Assembly: GCF_902713615.1 (NCBI RefSeq)
Contig: NC_052160.1
Coordinates: forward strand, 141,030,737-141,094,736
DNA length: 64,000 nt
Direction of reading: 5' to 3'
From: Scyliorhinus canicula
Lineage: Eukaryota
The translations under genes and the position numbers were made by a program. The notes beneath the pieces were generated by a model, which saw only the letters and a list, made by a program, of their open reading frames with translations, was not told where the DNA came from and did no database searches. The first letter of the stretch is position 1. Every line of letters begins with the position of its first letter. Shown piece after piece: positions 23,601 through 34,760 of the stretch.

Positions 23601-24494
23601 ATGTTGTATTCGGAAAGACTAATTAGGTTGTGAGGATGGCATTTTGGGGAGCAAGAGTAGTTGTCCCTGTGAGAGGAAGGGAGTTGCTCTTGGCTGGTGT
23701 TTCTGAATTTGCCAGGGAGAGTAGAGGCCAGTCAGAGTCTCACCACCTAGGTATGGGAACAACTAATGTTTATTTACAACGTACAATCTTCCAAAGTCTG
23801 GCAGCTTTGTGGCTGCCAGTCAGCGGCCAGAATAGATCTGAGGCAAAAGCCTGCGCTTGCTCGGGTGAACTCTCACCCTGGCCCCCTGATTGGCTATCGC
23901 CAGATCACCCCTTAAAGGGGCCAGACCCCACAATGACAATGTTGCTGCATGATGCCATTGCTGGCCAGCCATAAGTAACAACTGGGTTATGCAAATAGTG
24001 GATGGGCACAATTGGATTCCAATCCAATTTCAGCACAAAAACATGTGTATGCAGCAATAAACTGCAAGAACAATCAGCTTGCTTATTCACCATAATGGCA
24101 TTTATGCAACATGCTTATTAGTTGAATTCCTGTGTGGGCAAAAAATAAAAGGATGTTTTCTTTTTCGTGAACCATCTCTTCCAAGGTGACAGATAACACA
24201 GAACGTTATCAAACAGATCAGAATAAACAAACAGCTCCTGAGCATCAGGATCAACTTGGCGAATGTATCTTGAATTCGAGTATTCGAGTGCCACTCCTCG
24301 AGCAATATCTCCCCTATTCATAGGGGCTGGCTTTGAAAACATCAAAGCTTCCTTCATTCCCAATTTCCCAAAAGTGCATTTCACACAAAAGAGACATGGA
24401 GGAGACAATGGGTGGAGCTGACATCAGATTGGACCTGCCAGCATACATCTGTCTGAACTAACTGTCCCCACATTACAGGCTCCATCAGCAGATA

Positions 24495-25050
24495 TCAGGG
24501 GAATAAAATGTCCAAAGTTGTGCAGGTTAGATAGATTGGCCATGGTGAATTGCTCTTAGTGTCCAAAAAGGTTAGGTGGGTTACTGGGTTATAGGGATGG
24601 GGTGGAGGCGTGGGCTTGAGTAAGGCGCTCTTTCCAAGGGCCGGTGCAGTCTCTATGGGCCGAATGGCCTCCTTCTGCACTGTAAATTGAATATGAATAA
24701 ATAATAAGGGCAGCACGGTAGCACAGTGGTTAGCACTGTTGCTTCACAGCGCCAGGGGCCTGGATTTGATTCCCGGCTTGGGTCACTGTCTGTGCGGAGT
24801 CTGCACGTTCTCCCCGTGTCTGCGTGGGTTCCCTCCGGGTGCTCCGGTTTCCTCCCACAGCCCAAAGATGTGCAGGTCAGGTGGATTGGCCATGATAAAT
24901 TGCCCCTTAGTTACCAAAGAAAGCTTAGTTGGGGTTACTGAGGTACGGGGATAGTGTGGAGGCATGGGCTTAAGTGGAGTGCTCGTTCCACGAGCTGGTG
25001 CAGACTCGATGGGCCGAATGGCCTCCTTCTGCACTGTAAATTCTATGATA
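24495..25050 (+). mobile_element. Two tandem HE1/V-type SINEs (first 5'-truncated, second 24707-25050)
   Basis: Repeated core and tail. Confidence 0.85.
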
Positions 25051-25499
25051 CCTCTATGAAAAAACAAAGGAATGGGCACCGAAATGTTAATATCTCAGTG
25101 ACAGTTGGTTAAAAATAAAATGAGTAAATTAATTAATTGTTGGAACTCACAAACCACATGGGTGTTACACAGCCCATGTAATGGTGGAAAAATAATTCCG
25201 CCCTTGATGTAAGGCAGACGCATTCGTCGTTGATGAGTCATGGAGCTAAAGTCTGTTACAGAAAGGGGTATTTACTATCCTCTATTTGTCACAGGCATTT
25301 CCCAGGCTGGTTGGACTGTTAATGTTCCATGATATGTCAAACATGTGATTGCAGAGGTTTGAAGTAAACAATTTAAAGTGATGTTGCTACTTTATCACCC
25401 CAGTTGGATGCAAGCTTACCACAAGCAATGGGAACATCATTCCGACCCTGCTGTACATTTCACCTCCCCAGTCGGCTAATTCCAATTGTCCTTGTTCTA

Positions 25500-26445
25500 A
25501 ACCATAAGACCATAAGACATGGGAGCAGAATTAGGCCACTCGGCCCATTGAGTCTGCTCCACCATTCAATCATGGCTGATATTTTTCTCATCCCCATTCT
25601 CCTGCCTTCTCCCCATAACCTCTGATACCCTTATTAATCAATAACCTATCTGTCTCGGTCTTAAAGACACTCAGTGATTTGGCCTCCACAGCCTTCTAAG
25701 AACATAAGAACATAAGAACTAGGAGCAGGAGTAGGCCATCTGGCCCCTCGAGCCTGCTCCGCCATTCAATTAGATCATGGCTGATCTTTTGTGGACTCAG
25801 CTCCACTTTCCGGCCCGAACACCATAACCCTTAATCCCTTTATTCTTCAAAAAACTATCTATCTTTACCTTAAAAACATGTAATGAAGGAGCCTCAACTG
25901 CTTCACTGGGCATATCAACTGCTTCACTGGGCATAGAGTTCTGCAGATTCACCACCCTCTGGCTGAAGAAATTCCTCCTCATCTCTGTTTTAAAGAGTTG
26001 CCCCTTTAGTCTGAGATGGTGTCCTCTGCTTCTAGTTTGTCCTTCAAGTGGAAACATCCTCTCCACGTCCATTCTATCCAGGCCTTGCAGTATTCTGTAG
26101 ATTTCAATAAGATCCCCCTCATCCTTCTAAACTCCAACGAGTACAGATCCAGAGTCCTCAACCGTTCCTCATACAACAAGTTCTTCATTCCAGGGATCAT
26201 TCTTGTGAATCTCCTCTGGACTCTTTCCAAGGCCAGCACATCCTTCCTTAGATACGGGGCCCAAAACTGCTCACAATACTCCACATGGGGTCTGTTCAGA
26301 TCCTTATACAGCCTCAGAAGTACATCCCTGGTCTTGTATTCTAGCCCTCTTGACATGAATGCTAACATTGCATTTGCCTTCCTAATTGCTGACTGAACCT
26401 GCGCGTTAACCTTAAGAGGATCGTGAACAAGGACTCCCAGTTCCC
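25500..26445 (-). mobile_element. CR1 3' part with a second CR1 3' end nested at about 25698-25930
   Basis: ORF 26006..26584 has the CR1 C-terminus. Two different tail microsatellites (CCATAAGA, ACATAAGA). Confidence 0.85.
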
Positions 26446-27259
26446 TTTGTGCATAAAAGTGATAAAAGCCACTCGGTTCCGTTAAATAGATGTGAAAAAA
26501 ACTACATACCAAAATTAATTTCTGCCAAATAAAGAGGCTTGTGCTTGTCAGCGCTGAGGCCTGGAATGCTGCTCTGTGCTTCACTCCTGGGTGCTGGACA
26601 ATGTTTCCTCACTGCTTTGAGGAAGACCAATAACAGGTTGTAACCTAGCAGGAAACCTTGGCAGCCCATTTCCTGTCTGCCAACTCTTTGCGATAAAACT
26701 TCACTCTCTTCTCTTGGTCCCTGTATTTCAATCTGCTTCAGAAACTTTCCCCTCAAAGCTGAAATAAACTTTGTCTCAATCATTCTTCATAGTAAAGTGT
26801 ATTTCCCGCACGGATCATCGGGGTGCGAATGCTTGTCTTCCTCTTGCCCCTTGCGGAGTACGAGCCCCCCTGCTAGGGGTGGGGTATCTCAATTCGCAAA
26901 TGTATAAAAAGTCGGTCAGTAAGGCGCCGACCAGAATGGGAACCCGGGAGAGATCTCCTGGGTACTGTACGTATCCTTTGTATAATTAGCATTCTATTTC
27001 TTATTTTACTGTTGTGTCCTTTGTAAAAAAAAAGCAGTACAGGCTCCAGATCTCTCTCTCTGAAGGAATTTCCCTTACGTTTGCTTTCTTTATGACACAT
27101 TTAAGTTGGTGACCCATTCCTCACCACTGACATGATGGAGCTCACCATGGGCCCACTTTAAGGGGGTTGCCCCCAATGTCCACCCTCCCTCCCCACAAGG
27201 CCAGACCAAACTGTTTACAGACATCAACCACTTCAAAGAGAATAAAAGGTTTAAAAAAA

Positions 27260-27440
27260 GTCCCAGATGACCACAGACTGCTTTCTCCTTTGAGGGGGAG
27301 AGCTGGCTGGTGGTGGCAAGAGGCGAGGTTGAGAAGACGGAGCCTTCCTGAGTAACTTCAGCCAGGGAATTGAACCCACACTGCTGGCCTTGCTCTGCTT
27401 CGCGAACCAGCTGTCTGGTGAAGTGAGCTAATCCAGCCCC
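27260..27440 (-). mobile_element. tRNA-derived SINE, second family (another copy 41610-41800, +)
   Basis: Mutual similarity, A/B box remnants. Confidence 0.6.
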
Positions 27441-27849
27441 CTACTACCAACCGGCCCCTCAAAGAGTGTAAAATGCATTCCTATCACTGCCCTTCTCGCT
27501 TGAGTGATTTTGAAGTGCGAAGCTGGAACTTAACAGTGCTTAACACTCTTTGGAGTGCTTGATGTGGTTACAGCACTTCAGAGTTACTCATCCATGAAGG
27601 GAGATAAATGAAGCAACACTCACACCCATGTTTGTGGAATCTGTCAATCATAGTTCACTAAGGGAAATAAATGAATGGTTTGCAGCTAAATGATCAAAGG
27701 GGTTTAAACACAGGTCAATACTTTTCTCTTTCCAGGAATGGACATATGGTGCTTCATCTGTCTGAGCCAGCAGAGTGATACAACAGCAAATATTTTCACT
27801 GCCCCTGTCTGGTCTGCTCTTTAACTTTCAGACAGGAGTCTCTTTTCCA

Positions 27850-28551
27850 GGAGGTGTGAGGGGGAGTGGGGTGGTCCTTTAGTTATGATGTCTCTGGGAA
27901 GGTTCCTTTAGTTAGGGGGTTTCTCTGGAGGTTCCTTTAGCTTGGAGGCCTCGGGGGGGGGGGGGGTGGCCTTTAGTTAGGGCATCTCTTGGGGGTCCCA
28001 TATTCAGGGGGTCTCAGGGGTGGCTCCCTATTCAGGGGGCTTTAGGGGGTGGGCACCAGGTGGGTCGGCGCACAGCTGTACTTGGGGGAAGGGGGTGACC
28101 CAGAATATCCGAGGTGGGGGGGGGCTCTGAATCACGATGCGAGAGGGGAGTGGGAGGCTGATCGGTGATGCGGGGGGCCGCTTTGCAATGCGATGGAGGG
28201 GTCTCACAATCGAGCGGGTGGCCCGACAGCAGGATTCCCCAGGGAATCACGCCGAATCCTTGCCATGCCTAAATTTGCATGCCTGAGGTTGGGAATCGCT
28301 TCCTAGAGGGAGCGCAAATCAGGCGCAATCCAGCTCGGGCTGGATTTGCCGGCTGTTCACGGCGGCGGGAAATTCCGTGCCCAACCCGACGCACGGGTTT
28401 CCCGACGATGAGAGGTGCTGTCACCGGGAAATCCCGTTGACAATGGTGGGGTCGGTAGATGCCACTAGCGGACCGTCTCCACTGTCGGAAAACACACGGT
28501 GGGCTGGTCGATAAACCCCGACCAAAGTCTCCCAAATCGAGAATCCTGCCA
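27850..28551. mobile_element. Degenerate Harbinger-type element with about 30-bp CCTTTAGTTAGGG-like repeats
   Basis: Right TIR GAGAATCCTGCC, GC-rich body. Confidence 0.5.
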
Positions 28552-29753
28552 GCGTCTTTTTCTTTTCAAAATGCGTCAAAGGTTTAATAAACTACAATCC
28601 CCTTTTCTACATCTCTTCTACATCGGAATATTCCCACTGCTTTCCTAATTTCAGGACCCAGGGTCGAGAAAGCTGAAACATTGAGTGCCCAGTGATGGAA
28701 ACCACAGATGGGCAAAAGGCTATAATTGGAGGATCACGGTGGCCTTGGTGGGTTGTGTGGCTATTGTAACCGTTTCTATCAGTTTACCTCTCAGTAGCTT
28801 CTTTTCAAGATCAGTTTCTGGAGTCTGTCCTGATAATTCATGTGGTGTGGGCATTGCTGGCTATGTCAGCATGTATTGCCCCTCGCTATTGGCCTTTGGA
28901 AGATGGTGAGCAGCCGCCTTCTTGAACCACTGCTGTCCATGAGGTGTAGGTACACCCACTGTGCTGTTAGAGAGGGACTTGGACCCAGCGACAGTGAACA
29001 AACAGTGATCTATTTCCAGTTGAGGATGGTGAGTGACTTTGACGGGAACTCCCAGGAAGTAATGTTTCCATGAATCTTCTTCACTTGCCCGGAAGTTGGG
29101 ATTTTCATTCTGGGGTGACAGGCTGCCTTGGGAGTTGGGTCTCCGTCCCCAAACCAGAGCAGAGGTCGCCAGGTGCAGGGGCGGGTTGGTCGGATGGCCT
29201 GGCTCTGTACACCGGAAAAAAAACAATATTTCAAAATAAACATTTCAAATCTCACCCCCCAGGCCCCCACACCCCTTACACTTCCCATACCACCTCACGA
29301 TCCTCTACTCACCACCATACCCTCCATGCCAACTGATGCCCTTGTACCCACCCCCATAGTCCTACACACTTTATTCCCACCTATGTCCTTGTATTCACAG
29401 AAAAAACATGTTTCTACTGCTCCCGCCATTTTTTTTAAATTTAAAGGACCGCTCTTTTAAATGCCTTGATAGCTCTCTTTACCAGTTACTTTTGACAGAT
29501 CCTCCTGGCAGTCGTGACAAGTCCTATTGGCAGTTCTGACTGGCCCACTTGAAAGTTTTGACAGTTGATTTTGACAGTTCTGTTGACAGTTTCAATGAGC
29601 TTGACAGTAATGAGTTTATGCACATTTTAGGCACATTTATCCCTGCCATTACCAATTCCAAAGGCACTCAATCTACCCGAAAGGGCACCTGACCCCCACA
29701 AAATGTACCCATGGAACAGATCCAAAGGGATACCTTACCTCGCCAAAGACATA

Positions 29754-30405
29754 GGCCGTGATTCTCTGCTATCCGGCGGGGTGGGCAGTACCGGTGCTGA
29801 AGAGTGGCATGAACTACTCCGGCATCGGGCCGTCCGGAAGGTGCAGAGTCCTCCGCACCTTCAGGGGCTAAGCCGACGCCAGAGGGGTTGGCACTGCGCC
29901 AGCCGGCGCGGAAGGGGTTTGGCGCCATGCCAACTGGCGTCGAAGAGCCTCTGCCGGCTGGCACGAGTTGGCGCATACGTGGGAGCGCCAGTGTGTTCTG
30001 TCGTGATCCCAGCGCATGCTGGCCATGGCGGACCGTTACAGCGGCCAGCGCCGAGGGAAAGAGTGCCCCCACATTCCGGTCGGTGGACCTCGATCGCGGG
30101 CCAGGCTACCGTGGGGGCCCCCCCGGGACCAGATCCCCCCTCCCCCCCTCCCGAGGACTCCGCAGTCCGCCCCCAGAGCCAGGTCCCGCCGGTAAGGACC
30201 TCGTTTGATTTATGCCGGCGGGACTGGCCGAAAACGGGCGGCCACTCGGCCCATCGCAGAGCGGAGAATCGACGGGGGGGGGGGGGGGGGGGCACTGCCA
30301 ATTGTCCCCGACCGGCGCGACGCGATTCCTGCCCCCGCTGGAGAATCCGACAGCCGGCGTCGGGGTGGGATTCACGCCGCCCCCCCCAGCGATTCTTCGG
30401 CCCTG
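29754..30405. mobile_element. Harbinger-type MITE
   Basis: GGCCGTGATTCTC start, internal GGAGAATC/GATTC palindromes as in 54710-55325. Confidence 0.7.
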
Positions 30406-31589
30406 CCAGGCAACACCTGAAGCATTGCCACTTGGGTAGATTCGCAGAGAGCTCCCACGCCTGTGGAAATCTAACCTGATCAGGAGTCAGGAAGAGAAAG
30501 GAAGACTTGAATTCCCAAGTGCTGCTTTATTAAATCACTAGTAAACACCTTAAGAGCCTCCACATGCAATGAATGCCTTTGAAGTACAGTGACCTTTGTT
30601 ATCTGGTCAAACCACCTGAAGAGAGATTATACAGTCGTGACATGTTTCAGATTTTTTTTTCGGAGGAATAAGAAAGCAGGTGGTGTGAAGTCAAGGCAAA
30701 GTGGGGCTATTTCCTCGAAATAGCCAACACTGGTTGCTAATTTTCCATAGATTAGCCATTTCAGTTTAAATCACTGCTTGTCCCTAGACAGAACACACTC
30801 TGATCAGGCTGTGTTGGCCAAAGTGAGGATGTAGATAGGGCTAGCAGCTACATGAAGGTGCAAACTAATTCAAAATAAATTAAGTGGGTTGATAATCCAC
30901 TGGGGACCGCAAAGGAAGAGGTATTATTAGTTAAGCTGCTGTGTGAGGGAAGTCTCAATTCCTCGAATGGAAACCAAACCCCAAAATATCTTTGACGACC
31001 TCTGCGTGGTGTCTTTTTTTAAACTGCCTGCGGAATTATCTGTGAGGTGAGGTGATGTTGCGCGAGTTTGTTCAGGGTTTGGAATAGATCAGAGGATTAT
31101 TGTGCTAAATGCTTCACGTTCGATTGGGCCAAAATAGAATTCTATCAGAAATAACTGTTACCCGCCCCTTCTTTCCTCATAATCCTCCTAGGAACAGGGG
31201 GAAGGTCAAAAAGCTTAGCAGTTTTTTTGCTAGATCAACCCTAACTAACTGAAGGCAACCGCTGGATGCTTGTGAGTGGCGGAGGTCCTGGCGTGTGGGA
31301 CAGACAGCTGCCCAATATTATAAAGCATTACATAGAATGTACAGCACAGGAACAAATCATTCAGCTCATTTGGCCCATGGTGCGGTTTAATCTCAAGACG
31401 AGCCTCCTCCCACTCCTCTTCATCTAACTCTTTCGCCAAATTAGTCTATTTATTCTTACCTTGTTTGTTTGCCCAGCTTCCCCTTAATCATTTGTGCTAT
31501 TCGCTTCAAGTGCTCATAGTGATAGAGAGTTCCCTTTTCTAGCCACTTTCTTTGCTAACCAGCTTCTCCAGAATACCTAATTGCATTTA

Positions 31590-31860
31590 TTATAGAATTT
31601 ATTGAATTTACAGTGCAGAAGGAGGCCATTCAGCCCCTTGAGTCTGGCCCTTGGAAAGAGCACCCCTATTTCAGGTCCAAGTCTCCAACCTATCCCCGTA
31701 ACAAGACCTAACCTTTTGGATACTAAGAGGCAATTGATCATGACCAACCCACCTAACCTGCACATCACTGGACTGCGGGAGGAAACCAGAGCACCCGGAG
31801 GAAACCCACGCAGACATGGCAAGGAAGTGCAAACTCCACACAGACAGTCGCCCGAGGCAG
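31590..31860 (-). mobile_element. HE1/V-type SINE, 5'-truncated
   Basis: Reverse complement of V core and tail. Confidence 0.8.
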
Positions 31861-32197
31861 TGTAAGAAGATTCAACTCCAGTTCTATCCTCCACTGCCCA
31901 GCGTCCTGGGTTAGAACATTTGCAAAGGTGACGATGAACCACTGCTGCCCTTGTGCTGAGCCCTGGCGAGGAAGGAGTTCCAGGATTTTGACACAGCGAC
32001 GTTGAAGAGACGGTGATATATTTCCAAGTTGTCAAGGTGGGAGACTTGGAGGAAAACTTTTAGAGAAGGCATTCTAAGATTATGCAAATTAATTTGAGAG
32101 AACGTTATGCCTAACCTAATCCGCACAATTTAAAATGTCTGCATCCATCCGCCACACACCTGCGCTAACAGTGTGAAGAAAATGGAGTCTAGCTTGG

Positions 32198-32504
32198 TGT
32201 TGGAACCAACAATTCTATGGACACGTGCTTGTAGGATTAGAATAGCGGTTTTAATATACTTACAACAGAGCCAGCCTGTTAGCCACTGAACCTTCGGTGA
32301 ACTGGCCGGCTGACCCTGTGGCACGGATCTTTATACAGCAGCTCCAGGGGGAGGAGTCCTGGGCGGAGCCAAGGGAGGAGCCCAGTACAAACTCTCGAGT
32401 ACTCCCAGAGCTACTCCCCCTGGTGGTCAGGTAGTGCAAATGCACTTACAATATTGATACATATATATATACAGATTATAACTGTGTGAATCTCATTCAC
32501 CACA
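32198..32504 (-). mobile_element. Complete solo LTR
   Basis: TG...CA termini, perfect 5-bp TSD CTTGG (32193-32197 and 32505-32509), ends similar to the 12284/16917 LTRs. Confidence 0.9.
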
Positions 32505-34092
32505 CTTGGGACATGCTGAAAGTGTGCATGTGCACCGCGGACACCATTTTGGGAAGCAAAATAGCATCCAGAGTGATAGAAGCAATGGAGCCAAATTTTG
32601 CAACCTTAATGCTTTGTGTATATTTTAAGCCAGTCATTGCTTTCAGAACTACAGAAAACATATTTTGCCACAATCTTTCGGGTCTGTTAGGTGTGGGTGC
32701 GAATCCTGCCATGCCCGCTAGATCTTGCCAGAGGCCCATCACCGGACTTGTGCCAGCGAGATCTCGGTTTGAGTTATTCCCCAATGGTGTAATCAGGTAC
32801 GCACCCAGAAAGGGCGTGAGCCTGATTTCCATAAATGTACGTACATTTCAATAGAGCTGGAAAGCTTTGCGCCGTACTGCCCCGCATCGTGGATCAGGTT
32901 ATGAAAAGCTGGCCGTGTTTCTGGAGAGAAACACGTAGGGTTTCAGTCAAATCCTCACACATGGAAATTTTTATCTTTAAAATCAATTTTGTTCTGGATG
33001 ATGAAAAGGGACCATGCTGTGAGGAGCCAGAGATTGTGAGAAAAGGCACTCATCAGAAATTGGCTTTTTAAATCCATGAGTTTAAATTGAGGAAATCCCT
33101 GAGGAGATTCTTGCCGTTGACCTGTAAAGTGAGTGTGGCAATAATCTGGGTCCCTTTTAGACCTCTATTGATCTACAACAGAAGTTTTTAAAAATGTTCC
33201 GAGATTCATCTGTTAGCATAGAAAATGCAGATATATTGGACAACATGATACTGAAATGTAACAGTGTCCCCCATAGAAAATCCAGATTCTATCGCAAGAC
33301 TGATTTGGTCATAAAAGGTTTCCAATGTATTTCTGTAGTTTTGGAAACCAAATGTCTTTTGTGACAGTGTGGCTGTAGTATTTGTCCTCTATTGGACTTC
33401 AGTGTGTCCATCCAGTATTTGACCCTTTGTGGTGCTAATAGATTGAGGGCTTGCTCAATAACCCTGACCTTTGCAACAACACTCTGCCTAACATCTGGAG
33501 CACTGACCACAACTGAAAGTGATCTCCGAAGGCGGTGTACAGTGTCTAAAATGAACTGACCCGGGGGAGCTGTCACAGCCCAGTTTAACAGGAGCAGGTG
33601 TGGCCTGGAAACATTTCTGGTTCATGCTTTTAATCCCAGTTACCTGGCCCGGCAGAATTCCTGCCCATAAATTCAGGGCAATTAGTCTCTCAGATGGACT
33701 AATAACATCTGCCCAGTGACACATAATAAACTAATGCTTAACTCCACCAGTGAAACTAACTTAAAGTTTTGTAAAGGTTATTATAATTGGCTGTTGATTG
33801 GTACACTTCTTTTTCTCATTTTCACACTGTGCTCATTCCAAATATTTTACAATTATACAATGATTAAAACTGTTATTGCTTTCAGTCAACTTCACGTCCA
33901 AAGATTTTATTTAAATCCAAAAATGCTATTTGTTTTTTAGATCTTTGCTCATTCTTTTAGTGAGTTGTGTGTTTGAACCACAATAATTCTGTCTTTTCAT
34001 CTCCTAGACTCTCTGTCACTTCACTCATCTCCACATTACATTGCATCTGCTATCTGTCTGTGGGTTCTGATAACCTGTCTGTGTTATTCCAA

Positions 34093-34410
34093 ACAGTGGG
34101 TTAGCACTGCTGCCTCACAGCGCCAAGGACCCGGGTTCAATCCCGGCCTTGGGTCACTGCCTCTGTGGAGTTTGCACTTTCTCCCTGTGTCTGTGTGGGT
34201 TTCCTCCGGGTGCTCCGGTTTCCTCCCACAGTCCAAAGATGTGCAGGTTAGGTGGATTGGCCATGCTAAATTGCCCCTTAGTGTCCAAAGGTTAGGTGGG
34301 GTTATGGAGAAAGGGCAGGGGGTGGACCTAGTTGGGGTGCTCTTTCGGAGGGTTGGTGCAGACCCAATGGGCCAAATGGCCTCCTTCTGTACTGTAGGGA
34401 TTCTATGATT
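34093..34410 (+). mobile_element. HE1/V-type SINE
   Basis: B box, V core, CR1-type tail. Confidence 0.85.
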
Positions 34411-34760
34411 GTTTCTGTAGTAATCCACGGGAGGCAGGAGTTCCGTCACCACACCAATATGTATTTACAATAACGATATTACAGGAGCAGCTACAAACAG
34501 TGCTGCTAGCAGTCCAGTCAACTTAAGACTGGCTCACAAAGCCTACACAGGGGATTATATGGGCCCCCTCAGTAAGCTATCATTGAGGGAGCTCATACTC
34601 CAATTGGCCAACCAATAAAGCCAATTGGAGTTCATTACACCCCTCCCCCCCAAGGTCCGAGGAATTCCTGCCAGCTGGCATTCCTCTGAGCTTCTTCCTG
34701 CTCCTCATGTCTGGGTCTGTCACCTCTGTGTCGTCCGCCGGGTCGTTCTCCGAAGTGGGC

